Shown: piece after piece, positions 50,418-59,576 of the stretch
Layout of the letters: the number at the start of each line of letters is the position of its first letter
How positions within the stretch are numbered: position 1 is the first letter of the stretch
IMG/VR virus record: IMGVR_UViG_3300021426_000069
Origin: an uncultured virus (IMG/VR IMGVR_UViG_3300021426_000069)
Taxonomy: Duplodnaviria > Heunggongvirae > Uroviricota > Caudoviricetes
DNA: 64,000 nt
Reading direction: 5' to 3' (one strand)
Translations under genes and position numbers: made by a program
The notes under the pieces: generated by a model
Told to the model about the DNA's origin: nothing
The model's input: only the letters and a program-made list of their open reading frames with translations
Databases searched by the model: none

Positions 50418-51164
50418 TTAAGACATTGGATGAACATCTTTCATCCAGTCTTCTGGATCCTTCATATCCTTAGCTCCAGCCATTTTTGCCTGAAGATAAA
50501 TTTCATAGTCTTGTTTTAAATGATATCTCTCGATTTGATCGAATAACTGGTATGGAGTATAGTTAAGGATATTTATTAAATCCTGTTGTAATCCAATAGA
50601 CAATACAGATGCATATCTACTATAAATATCTACTTTTGTAGACTCTTTATCTAATTCTGCAAGTTTTTCATGTCGTTTTCTTAATCTTTCTGCAATTTTT
50701 TTTGCTAACTGCCCACTAGGGTTAAAATCGGATTCTTGTTCTCCAGACCCAAAACTAAACATTTGCTTAATAATACTTTGAAATTCATCAAAATTTTCTT
50801 TATTTATAAATGTTTTTTCTTCAGTTCCTTCTTTTTTAAATGCAATACTATCTTTTTCTAAGGATATTGCATAAGAAGGAAATAGTAAGGCTAGAACCAT
50901 AAAAACGCAACTCCTATTTTTTTGCATTACCGCATTACGCTCTCTTAGTATTGCTATTAATATATCAAAATTGCTTATGACATCTAAATTAACTTTGTCC
51001 TTTTCGGGTAAGAAGTTTTTAGAAACATTAAGCAACTGATAACCATTTAAAAAATTTTCTTCTCCAACATAACCTATTTCTTTTAATGTTGGATTATGAA
51101 TTGTTAAATTTGCTTTAACAAAAGGTATATCATTACCAGACAATAATAATAAACTATCTAACAT
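50418..51164 (-). CDS. Conserved morphogenesis protein (chaperone-like)
   Basis: IHNPTLKEIG..YTPYQLFDQ..AKMAGA; context. Confidence 0.45.
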   Translation of the reverse strand: MLDSLLLLSGNDIPFVKANLTIHNPTLKEIGYVGEENFLNGYQLLNVSKNFLPEKDKVNLDVISNFDILIAILRERNAVMQKNRSCVFMVLALLFPSYAISLEKDSIAFKKEGTEEKTFINKENFDEFQSIIKQMFSFGSGEQESDFNPSGQLAKKIAERLRKRHEKLAELDKESTKVDIYSRYASVLSIGLQQDLINILNYTPYQLFDQIERYHLKQDYEIYLQAKMAGAKDMKDPEDWMKDVHPMS

Positions 51165-51748
51165 TAGTCTTCTCTAGGAAGTTTATCATCGTTACCGTGT
51201 ACTGCTCTATAAGATAAAGTGTATCCACCTAAATCTTCATTTAACACTATTTCATTACATCCTAAAAAATTAAAAGTCCCTATTCCAGACAACTTTGCTT
51301 CATTTAATATTCCATCTATATAACCAGCTATTTTTAAAGGTCTAATACGATAATTTCCTAAATCCCAATAATCTACATGACAAATAATATCAAAATTAAT
51401 AGTACAATCTCGATAATAAGGATTATTAGTTTTATTTAAAGAGAAATTATCACAAGACATAATAATATATGCTTTTACCTCTTCATGTTCTGACATAGCA
51501 ATCTTTGGTTCAAGCTTTATATACCCTTCCTGTCTTAACTTAGCTAATGTCATACCTTCTAACTTTTCTTTTATTGCGGGACTGTCTTCGTTATCTAAAC
51601 AATCCTTAGTGTTTATAACTAACAATCTTTTTAATATATCACTATAAGGATGACTTTCTACAAAAAGTTTTCTCAATATAGTTTCTATATCTTTTTCAAA
51701 AGATAAAAATGAAGAATCAAATTTATTTGTATATACGTCTCTTTTCAT
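51164..51748 (-). CDS. Putative tail terminator/neck protein
   Basis: FDIICH...RPLKIAGYIDGILN; position in the neck module. Confidence 0.45.
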   Translation of the reverse strand: MKRDVYTNKFDSSFLSFEKDIETILRKLFVESHPYSDILKRLLVINTKDCLDNEDSPAIKEKLEGMTLAKLRQEGYIKLEPKIAMSEHEEVKAYIIMSCDNFSLNKTNNPYYRDCTINFDIICHVDYWDLGNYRIRPLKIAGYIDGILNEAKLSGIGTFNFLGCNEIVLNEDLGGYTLSYRAVHGNDDKLPRED

Positions 51749-51769
51749 TTTTATACACTCCTTTTATCT

Positions 51770-52738
51770 CTATAAAGAACCTATTGTAATTGGTAATACA
51801 ATATCTTCCTTGTCCAATCTTTTATATTTTAATGTAAATGAACCACTTTTTCCGGTAACAATACCCAATTTTATATGTTCTGCATCTTGAGATGCAATTT
51901 CAAAACCTGAACCTTCTGCAACGAATTCGCCACCTGCCGCATTTTTAATGTAATAAATAACAACGTCATATGGATAAACAGTATCAGGTCCTTTTATATA
52001 TGGTTGAGTTAAATCAACATATGTATCAACTTTTTCTTTTTCAACTGCCTTTTCAACACTATTTTCATAAGTTTCTTTTAAGGCTACTATAATAATACCA
52101 TCTTGACTCATTGAGTCAACAGCTTGAACTTCCCAAGGTCTTTTATTTATTTCAACCTTTGTAAATCTATGGAAAAATTCTTCGGTATTTTTATCTTTTG
52201 TAATATACATTGTAAGAGAATAGTTTAAATCATTCCATTCAATCTTTTTTACTTTATTCCAAATAATAGCTGATTCATCTGGACCGCCAATGTATACTTT
52301 ATATTTTTTATCATTAACCTCAATTTCGTAATCACATTTTCTGATTTCCGCCCTAAAATAAGCTGTTTCTTCATATCTTCTTAAGTATACTAACCAATCA
52401 GTATTATTTTCTTTCCATGTGAATACATCTCCGGGCTTCATACCAATTTCTTCTTCACCTTTTGAAGTTTTTTGAAATTTTTTACTCTCCTTAAGCTCAG
52501 GATTAAGCTGTATGTCAAAAAATGGAATAGAAATGATTTTCTCATCATATCTTGTTTTTAATTTATCAGGATTTATTAAACATCTAAATTCTCTACCATC
52601 AGTTAATCGTGCGGTTGCTGCTTGGTAAGAATATAAAAGAGCCTTTTTTAATGTACGTAGTTTATCTACATTCATTCTAGACTCTTGTTCTTTTCCGCCG
52701 TTATAATTAATTCTTTCTTTCATTGTTTCTAAACTCAT
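51770..52738 (-). CDS. Putative head closure/neck protein
   Basis: GDVFTW..WLV; position in the neck module. Confidence 0.45.
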   Translation of the reverse strand: MSLETMKERINYNGGKEQESRMNVDKLRTLKKALLYSYQAATARLTDGREFRCLINPDKLKTRYDEKIISIPFFDIQLNPELKESKKFQKTSKGEEEIGMKPGDVFTWKENNTDWLVYLRRYEETAYFRAEIRKCDYEIEVNDKKYKVYIGGPDESAIIWNKVKKIEWNDLNYSLTMYITKDKNTEEFFHRFTKVEINKRPWEVQAVDSMSQDGIIIVALKETYENSVEKAVEKEKVDTYVDLTQPYIKGPDTVYPYDVVIYYIKNAAGGEFVAEGSGFEIASQDAEHIKLGIVTGKSGSFTLKYKRLDKEDIVLPITIGSL

Positions 52739-52741
52739 ATC

Positions 52742-53062
52742 TTATTCCTCCTCTATACTATCTTTTAAGACTTGTATTAGATTAAGACATTCAAATATAG
52801 TTCTTCTATATTGAAAGAAATCATCTTCTCCTGTTAGACTATGCAAACCTTCGAGTTTACATAATAGCGGAAATATGTTTTCTTGCTGTTTTGGCATTAA
52901 TCGACTCATTCCCGCAAACTCTTCTACTATTGTGCTTAATGGAGTTTGCCAATCTATATTTTCTTCTCTATTAGGTAATAACTTATATATTTGATTTGTT
53001 AATCTTTTTAAATTATAGGCTATTGCTTCGTTTTTTATTTCAATATTATTCGATAAAATCAC
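52742..53062 (-). CDS. Hypothetical protein
   Basis: GTG start 53062 after GGAGG; IYKLLP.RE, YRRTIFEC. Confidence 0.6.
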   Translation of the reverse strand: MILSNNIEIKNEAIAYNLKRLTNQIYKLLPNREENIDWQTPLSTIVEEFAGMSRLMPKQQENIFPLLCKLEGLHSLTGEDDFFQYRRTIFECLNLIQVLKDSIEEE

Positions 53063-53606
53063 GAGTACTAACCTCCATAATAGATCCAAATGTAGAACGC
53101 ATAATGCCATTTTCGTCTTTTAATCTTCTCTTATATAATCTTTGTAAATGAAATCCTTCTCTTTCATAGTCACTCTTTAAGTTTAATAACTTACTCATGT
53201 GATTAGCTTGTGAAGTAAATTTGAAATCAGAACCGCTATATTTCATTCTTGTGTTTTCAACACTAGCTAATTGTTGACCTAACCATTCTACTATCATATA
53301 AGTTGATAAGATATTTATTTCTTCTGGAGTTAATACACTATTAAAGCAACCGCCGCCATAAATAAGTGCTTTAGCGCAGCAATTATCACTTTCAACTCCA
53401 CAATATGTACCTTCATCCTCTACATAACTTTCCTCAAAATCAGTAATATCAAAACGTGGAAATTCAAATTTATGTGTAGCTGTTATTAACAACTCTTGTA
53501 ACATTCTGAATGTATCTAATTCGTTTAATTCCATATACATATCATCAGTTATCTTTGATAGAAAGCTATCGTAGATCATAGAAAAAGGTGTAGTAGTTTT
53601 TTCCAT
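53046..53606 (-). CDS. Putative head-tail adaptor
   Basis: IYDSFLSKITDD, EEINILSTYMIVEWL, SQANH; position. Confidence 0.5.
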   Translation of the reverse strand: MEKTTTPFSMIYDSFLSKITDDMYMELNELDTFRMLQELLITATHKFEFPRFDITDFEESYVEDEGTYCGVESDNCCAKALIYGGGCFNSVLTPEEINILSTYMIVEWLGQQLASVENTRMKYSGSDFKFTSQANHMSKLLNLKSDYEREGFHLQRLYKRRLKDENGIMRSTFGSIMEVSTRDFIE

Positions 53607-53626
53607 AATACACCTCCGAAATTTTC

Positions 53627-54199
53627 TTATTTAACTACATTGTATCTACTTGTAGTAGTTCTTCTAGTTTTTGTATCACTGTCATCTTTTATTGATGCAG
53701 CTCTTCTCTTTGATTTTGTTTCAGTCTCATCAGAGTCGCCTTCTACACTAGCTTCATTTGCATTAATTGCATTTGTAACATTAAATCCTGTTGCCGCAAG
53801 TAATGCTTTTCTCTTTGCCATATCATTTAATTTCATTTCAACAGATAATTTCTTTAATAAATTAATTGTTCCTCTTGGTGCAAAATCTAAACAATCTTCA
53901 AATTGTTCTAATGAACCTTCAGTAATTAATTTTTTAATATCTTCTTCAGTATAATAATATTCAGGTTCAACTTCACCTATTAATTCTTCTACTGCTTCTT
54001 TATTATCTATAATTAATAAATTCTTTAATATGCTAAGTCCGCCAGGTAAATAAGATAGCTTTCTTAATTCTCCCATAGTAACTTCTTTTGTTTCTCCAGG
54101 TTGAAAAGTTCTGTGTAAGTTTCCTAAATCTGGGATTGTATATCCAACGCTTCCATTATCTCTGTTTGATACCTTTAATATAGTTTTATCTTCTAACAT
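53627..54199 (-). CDS. Conserved hypothetical protein downstream of capsid gene
   Basis: 190-aa ORF with SD GGAGA. Confidence 0.6.
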   Translation of the reverse strand: MLEDKTILKVSNRDNGSVGYTIPDLGNLHRTFQPGETKEVTMGELRKLSYLPGGLSILKNLLIIDNKEAVEELIGEVEPEYYYTEEDIKKLITEGSLEQFEDCLDFAPRGTINLLKKLSVEMKLNDMAKRKALLAATGFNVTNAINANEASVEGDSDETETKSKRRAASIKDDSDTKTRRTTTSRYNVVK

Positions 54200-54228
54200 A
54201 CTTTCTCTCCTTTTCTCTCCTATATACT

Positions 54229-54289
54229 AAAAAAACGGGAGAAGACCTTTAATTGATATAGTCTTCCTTATATATCATAGTCTTCTCCC
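54229..54289 (-). terminator. Terminator after major capsid gene (long loop)
   Basis: GGGAGAAGAC/GTCTTCTCCC stem with a 33-nt loop, then T7. Confidence 0.65.
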
Positions 54290-54314
54290 TAATTTCTATC
54301 TTCCTAATTTAAAA

Positions 54315-55346
54315 TTAGATTGATGGTGTTAAAGCTTCATTTACGTAAACACAAATGTTGTTAGTAACTAAAGTAGCAACACCTAATTTTTTGTAAACTT
54401 GAACTTCTCTTGAACGATCTTTGTTAACGTATTCATCAACAATAGTATTTCCTTCAAAAGCAATTTTAACAGGCTTATCTGCTCCTACTGGAATGATATA
54501 AGCATAAGATGGGTCAATAACTTTTTTAGTGTTAGTTTCATCAACGAATGATTGATCTAATACGATTACGTTATGTCCTTTGTAGTTTGCTAAATATCCA
54601 TTATTCCATTTTTGATTTCTCATATCATCAGAAACCCATCCGTTTTCAGGAACCATAGTTGCAGCAAATTCATAAGTACAATAAATTGTAGATTTTCCAT
54701 ATGAGTCTGCGATAGAAATTAAGTTATCCATTGCAGTTTCATTGAATCCAGTTTCAGATGCTTTGTTAGTATCTTGTAAACTATCAATTGTTGCTCTTAA
54801 TGCTTTTTCGATTTCGATGTAGATAGCTTCATCTAAACCTTCCATAATAACGTCTAATACGTCTGCGAAATCAACTCTACCATCTAAGAATTCTTCGAAT
54901 CCGATTTGAGCTGCTCCACCGAATGCTTCAGTAGGTACTTCTAATGTTTTTCCATCTAATTTGAATACTTCATAGATACCTGCTAAACCAACTTTAGTAA
55001 CAAATCTTTTAGCTCTTCTTTTAGCACTTGCAGTAATTCTTTGAGTGAAAATAGGTTTGTCACCTTGAGCATAAGTTTTGATTTCAGCAAATGATGCATA
55101 TTGTTCCATAACTTTTTTAGGTAATACATCATCGATTGTTTCTTCAATTATACTGAAGATTGTGTTTTTATTTTCTCTGTATAAGCTATATGTACCAGCT
55201 AATTCTCTTAATTCAGTTCTTAAAGTTTCATTTAAATCTGCATAACTGAATTTTTCTTCTCCAAATGAATAAGCAACTTGAGAAGTAGGATTTGCGCTAG
55301 CAACTGTTTTAGCTAATTTTACTAATTCACTTTTATTTAATGCCAT
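54315..55346 (-). CDS. Major capsid protein
   Basis: 343 aa; strongly biased codons (TTC, ATC, TAC, GCT); position after scaffold and decoration genes; GYLANYKGHNVIVL. Confidence 0.8.
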   Translation of the reverse strand: MALNKSELVKLAKTVASANPTSQVAYSFGEEKFSYADLNETLRTELRELAGTYSLYRENKNTIFSIIEETIDDVLPKKVMEQYASFAEIKTYAQGDKPIFTQRITASAKRRAKRFVTKVGLAGIYEVFKLDGKTLEVPTEAFGGAAQIGFEEFLDGRVDFADVLDVIMEGLDEAIYIEIEKALRATIDSLQDTNKASETGFNETAMDNLISIADSYGKSTIYCTYEFAATMVPENGWVSDDMRNQKWNNGYLANYKGHNVIVLDQSFVDETNTKKVIDPSYAYIIPVGADKPVKIAFEGNTIVDEYVNKDRSREVQVYKKLGVATLVTNNICVYVNEALTPSI

Positions 55347-55365
55347 TCTTATTTCCTCCTCTCAA

Positions 55366-55860
55366 TTATTTAACCCTCATGATTTTGATAGCTGGTTGTC
55401 CATCTGCTAAAGTATAAACCATAGCAACTTCCCAACACATGTCGTCATCTAAGCTTCCACCTGTAGTTAAGATTCCTTCATCATTAACTTTTAATAAAGC
55501 TCCTTCTTCATATTCTTTTGTGCTATCAACCATGTTAGTGGTATAAATATCTCCTATATTAGTTTTAAATACTCTTGGTACGATTTCACCATTTACGCAT
55601 TCTTCTTTTTTCATTGCGAAGTCTCTGTACATTTGTTTTCTATCATCATATAGTTTGATTTCATTGAAAACTAACATCCATTCACCTTTACCAGTTAAGT
55701 TAACTTCTTTATTAGCATAGTCATATTTTACGAATTGACCATTTTCTAATACTTCAATTTTATCTTCACATGGTAATTGAGCATAGATTTGTGCAGTTCT
55801 TTGAGCTGATAAATGATTTGGTTCAACTTGTCCGTAACCAATTCTTTCAATTTTTGCCAT
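55366..55860 (-). CDS. Putative capsid decoration/cement protein
   Basis: 164 aa between scaffold and capsid; LENGQFV, GDIYTTN. Confidence 0.6.
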   Translation of the reverse strand: MAKIERIGYGQVEPNHLSAQRTAQIYAQLPCEDKIEVLENGQFVKYDYANKEVNLTGKGEWMLVFNEIKLYDDRKQMYRDFAMKKEECVNGEIVPRVFKTNIGDIYTTNMVDSTKEYEEGALLKVNDEGILTTGGSLDDDMCWEVAMVYTLADGQPAIKIMRVK

Positions 55861-55878
55861 TGTCTTTCCTCCTTAATA

Positions 55879-57318
55879 TTATTTTCTACTATCTCTAGTA
55901 TTCTTTAGTGCAGCGATCCACGCTGGTGTAGAACTACCTTCGTTATCATTTACTGTGTAAGTCATAACGTCTTTGTCTACTTCTTCTTCTTCTTTAGAAG
56001 TGTCCTCTAAATCAAAATTTACTTTCTTTCTTACGCAAATAACAGAAAGTTTAGATTCGATTTCATCTAATGAATAATTTGATTTATTCTCGATAACATC
56101 TGCCTTATCTTCGTCAGACAACATATAGAAACTATTGATTAAAGCATCTTTCTTTTCATCATCGATTTGTTTTTTAAACTCAACAAGAACTTGATATTTT
56201 TGTTCAAGATCTGTGTAAGCTGCTTTAGTTTCTGCTAATTCAGACTCTAATAAAGCATAAGATTTTTTCTTATCTTTTTCGTCTTCATCATCCTCAGATT
56301 CAGAATCTTCATCTTCAGCATCTGCGTCTTTAGATTCTTCTTCTTCGTCTTTATCTTTGTCATCTGCTTTAGTAAAGTTTTCTTGACTAGATTGATCTTC
56401 TATAGAATTATCATTTTCTGCTAAAACAGATTGATCTTCTGTGTCCTTATCTTCTGAACTTTCTTCAGTTTCAACAGTAGATTCTTCTTCAGTTGCAACT
56501 TCAGTTTCTTCAGCGATTTCAGTTTCAGTAGATGTTTCTTCAGCAGTAGCTTCAGCTTCAGTTTCAACAACTTCAGGTTCTGTTACTTTTGTTTCAGCTT
56601 CATCTATAATCATCTTTTGTCCTCCTTCTAATGCAAATTTTAGATCTTGCATCATAGTGTACAATGTTTTCTTAAAATTATCATCTATTTTTGTGAATGA
56701 AGTACTTACTTCTGGTGCGGTAATGCTTGAGCCCTCGAAGCAAGGTTCTACATCGTCACCTAAAATACATAATTTCGAAAATATCGCATCATTTATAATG
56801 AAAAAATCCATGCCTGATTTACTATCAGTTGACCAGTGTCCATCTAAAGTTTCTTCATCTAATTCCATTGATTGAGGTTTACCTTTATCAATGACAGATT
56901 TTACTTCTTCAAATTGACCTGTCCATAAATAACCAGTAGTCATTAAATACTCTCTAGTTACTATATTACCAAACTCATCAGTATCTTCAAATTTTTGGAA
57001 CCAAACTTTTGCGTCTGGTGCGACAAATCCATAAGGTTTTGTCATGCATTCAAATTTGACACCTTCATCATCGAAGATAATTTTTTCACCGTGGTCTGCA
57101 AAATCTTCTTTCTCTTCTTTGTAGTATCCAACAATTGGAGCTCCTCTTAGAGTCTTCGCCATCTCAGTAGCTACGTCTTTGGTTATATAACTATGATTTC
57201 TGTTTTGACCAAGATATAATACCTTGATTTCACAGCTACTCATTAGCGGATTAATTTCTAGCGGTTGTAAATTAATAAACTCAGGAGAATCAATTGTCGC
57301 AATTGATTGATGCATCAT
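55879..57318 (-). CDS. Prohead protease/scaffold fusion
   Basis: GQNRNHSYI, HG, QSMEL, LCILG.DVEPCF protease-like N-half; highly acidic and coiled-coil C-half. Confidence 0.75.
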   Translation of the reverse strand: MMHQSIATIDSPEFINLQPLEINPLMSSCEIKVLYLGQNRNHSYITKDVATEMAKTLRGAPIVGYYKEEKEDFADHGEKIIFDDEGVKFECMTKPYGFVAPDAKVWFQKFEDTDEFGNIVTREYLMTTGYLWTGQFEEVKSVIDKGKPQSMELDEETLDGHWSTDSKSGMDFFIINDAIFSKLCILGDDVEPCFEGSSITAPEVSTSFTKIDDNFKKTLYTMMQDLKFALEGGQKMIIDEAETKVTEPEVVETEAEATAEETSTETEIAEETEVATEEESTVETEESSEDKDTEDQSVLAENDNSIEDQSSQENFTKADDKDKDEEEESKDADAEDEDSESEDDEDEKDKKKSYALLESELAETKAAYTDLEQKYQVLVEFKKQIDDEKKDALINSFYMLSDEDKADVIENKSNYSLDEIESKLSVICVRKKVNFDLEDTSKEEEEVDKDVMTYTVNDNEGSSTPAWIAALKNTRDSRK

Positions 57319-57353
57319 ATATCATCTTTCCTTTCTTAATAATTTTCTTCCAC

Positions 57354-57402
57354 TTATAATAATATAAAATAACGTGGTTTCTTATTATTAGTTTTTGTCC
57401 TA
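57354..57402 (-). promoter_or_regulatory. Repeated putative late-promoter motif, copy 8
   Basis: TAGGACAAA...TTTTATATTATTATAA, same spacing. Confidence 0.65.
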
Positions 57403-57406
57403 TTTT

Positions 57407-59017
57407 CTAATTCTGACTTTCTTTATTTTGGATAGTTTTATCCGAAACAGTCTCTCCTTGAGACTCTTTAGTAGGTCTACCGCCTTCAGGATTTTCTCCT
57501 TCTCCGCCTATAGACTTTTTAGCCTCCTTATTTCCTGTCATAGCAAGAGCTTCTGCATTCATTGTACTAGACATTAATGGTGGGATAAATACGTTAATTA
57601 AATCTAAGACATCATTTTCCCAATAAGCATTTGCTAAGATAGAACTTTGAGATTGTCCTAATGCAATTTGAGGTAACATTTTACTGAAACCTACTTGCAT
57701 TTGTTCTTTATATAATTTAGCCATTTCTTTGTAATTATAAATAGTTGTTGTTAATATTTGACATCTATAATAGAATTTCTTAGGTTGTTTATTAAACTTG
57801 TCAATTATAACATTTAAGAATTGCTCAAATTGTGTAATTAAATTATATAAAGATGCTTCATCGTTTAATATAGATTTTTCAAGAGCAATATTTCCATCAG
57901 TATTAAACTGCATTTGAGATACACCTGCTTCATTATAAACAGTTCTTTCAACTCTCTCTAAATCGTCTCTTGACGCACTAGACCTGTCGCTATCCATATC
58001 TTCAACATCAACATCTGCAAATGTAGTTAATACATCTACACCAATAGCCTTACTTAACATATTAACTGCATTATTATGTAATTGTGCGGCTTCATCGACG
58101 TCAAATACTAGGTCTCCATTCTTATCTAATGGCATCTTTTGAATTATGATTTTTAATAATTCCTGAGCCATTTTTTTACGGTCTAGTTCTTTTGCCTCGT
58201 CTAAATCTATAATTGCTGGAATTACAGAAATGAAGGCTGGAAAATCTTCCCCATTAATATTGAATTTAAAAGCAAACTCTGGATCAAGTAAATACCAACC
58301 GCTTGTATCTCCTGCGAATTGAGGTGGTAATTTACCTTCTTTATACATAATGTAACCTTTTTTAAATTCTTTTGGGAATAAATTTAACATTTTAATTTTT
58401 TGAGTTGTATCTCTAAAATAGTCATCAAAAAACTTCATATTAAATTCTATTGCTGGACGATTATTAACCATAAATCTAGAACGACAATAATTAGCAGGTA
58501 GCTCTTGAACATTCATTCTTTTTACTCCAGGAATTAAATATCCATAATAACATCCATATCTAATAACCTTTAAAGCAACTTCTCCAAAGAATTTTTTTAC
58601 TTCAAAATTATCAAGATATAATAATACATCATAAAATTTATCCAATACTTTATCTTCTGTTTTTGCATCTTCCGCATTTATATATGGGGTAACCATCCAA
58701 TCATATCTATATAGATATGCCATATAACGACAAAGTCTTGAATATATACCACTCGTTTTATAAAAGAAATTTGATACATCTCTTAATTTAGCATAATCAC
58801 AAGTGTGCATAGCTCTTAATATTTCTTTTTTATCTGCTAATGTTTTATCTATTCTCTTTAGATCTCCTAAGGTATAAATTGCATCGTCTAAAGTTTTTGC
58901 GCCAACTTTAATTTTTGAAAAGTCAACGTTTTCAAAAGGACTTTGAGTTGCTCTGGTGTCACTCGCAAGAGCGATAGAGAAACCTTTTTTCTTAATTTCT
59001 TCTTTTCTATTTATCAA
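57407..59017 (-). CDS. Portal protein
   Basis: About 536 aa between terminase and protease; C-terminal GGRP motif; TTG start 59017 after AAGGTAAGGTG (the listed start lies inside the promoter). Confidence 0.75.
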   Translation of the reverse strand: MINRKEEIKKKGFSIALASDTRATQSPFENVDFSKIKVGAKTLDDAIYTLGDLKRIDKTLADKKEILRAMHTCDYAKLRDVSNFFYKTSGIYSRLCRYMAYLYRYDWMVTPYINAEDAKTEDKVLDKFYDVLLYLDNFEVKKFFGEVALKVIRYGCYYGYLIPGVKRMNVQELPANYCRSRFMVNNRPAIEFNMKFFDDYFRDTTQKIKMLNLFPKEFKKGYIMYKEGKLPPQFAGDTSGWYLLDPEFAFKFNINGEDFPAFISVIPAIIDLDEAKELDRKKMAQELLKIIIQKMPLDKNGDLVFDVDEAAQLHNNAVNMLSKAIGVDVLTTFADVDVEDMDSDRSSASRDDLERVERTVYNEAGVSQMQFNTDGNIALEKSILNDEASLYNLITQFEQFLNVIIDKFNKQPKKFYYRCQILTTTIYNYKEMAKLYKEQMQVGFSKMLPQIALGQSQSSILANAYWENDVLDLINVFIPPLMSSTMNAEALAMTGNKEAKKSIGGEGENPEGGRPTKESQGETVSDKTIQNKESQN

Positions 59018-59052
59018 AATCGACACCTTACCTTTCTTCCTTTTTCTTTTAT

Positions 59053-59081
59053 AGTATATCATAAATATTGAATCTTGTCAA
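59053..59081 (-). promoter_or_regulatory. Sigma-A promoter
   Basis: TTGACA-17 bp-TATACT with TG extension. Confidence 0.8.
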
Positions 59082-59086
59082 GTTTA

Positions 59087-59455
59087 TTAGTAACCGCCCA
59101 GTTCATAATAAGCATTCATAATATAATCATATGTAATTCGACCTTCGTCTGTATAAGGTATTGCTATAAGAATTATATTATGTTTTCTACAATATTCACG
59201 CTTTCTCATATCATTTAACTGTTGTTTACGTAAACCTGTATAACCACCAAATTTACTTTTTGCTTGATAGTGTTGAATACCTTGATATTCTATTAAGAAC
59301 TCAAGTTCTCCTTCATCATCAAATATCGCAAAATCAAACCTTAGTGGATGACCAGTTGAGCTTAGCAAATCAGGGAATGAATACTCCTCTTGAAAAGGAA
59401 TTCCTGCTTGTTGTAATATTTCTTCTATTTTTATTTCACCACGACTTGCACGCAT
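59087..59455 (-). CDS. PD-(D/E)xK endonuclease (Vsr/DUF559-like)
   Basis: SRGE, LRFDFAI, LIEYQGIQHY, D..K..YC....LIAIPY. Confidence 0.8.
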   Translation of the reverse strand: MRASRGEIKIEEILQQAGIPFQEEYSFPDLLSSTGHPLRFDFAIFDDEGELEFLIEYQGIQHYQAKSKFGGYTGLRKQQLNDMRKREYCRKHNIILIAIPYTDEGRITYDYIMNAYYELGGY

Positions 59456-59515
59456 ATTTTCGCCTCCTCTATAAAGATATGACGATATACCAAAAAATAT
59501 TTCCTTGAAATATTT

Positions 59516-59564
59516 CTAATATAATATTAAATTCTTCATGGTTGGATAAGCTAAAGTTGCCCAA
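59516..59564 (-). promoter_or_regulatory. Repeated putative late-promoter motif, copy 9
   Basis: TTGGGCAAC...ATTTAATATTATATTAG, same spacing. Confidence 0.6.
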
Positions 59565-59576
59565 TAAGAAGCAACT

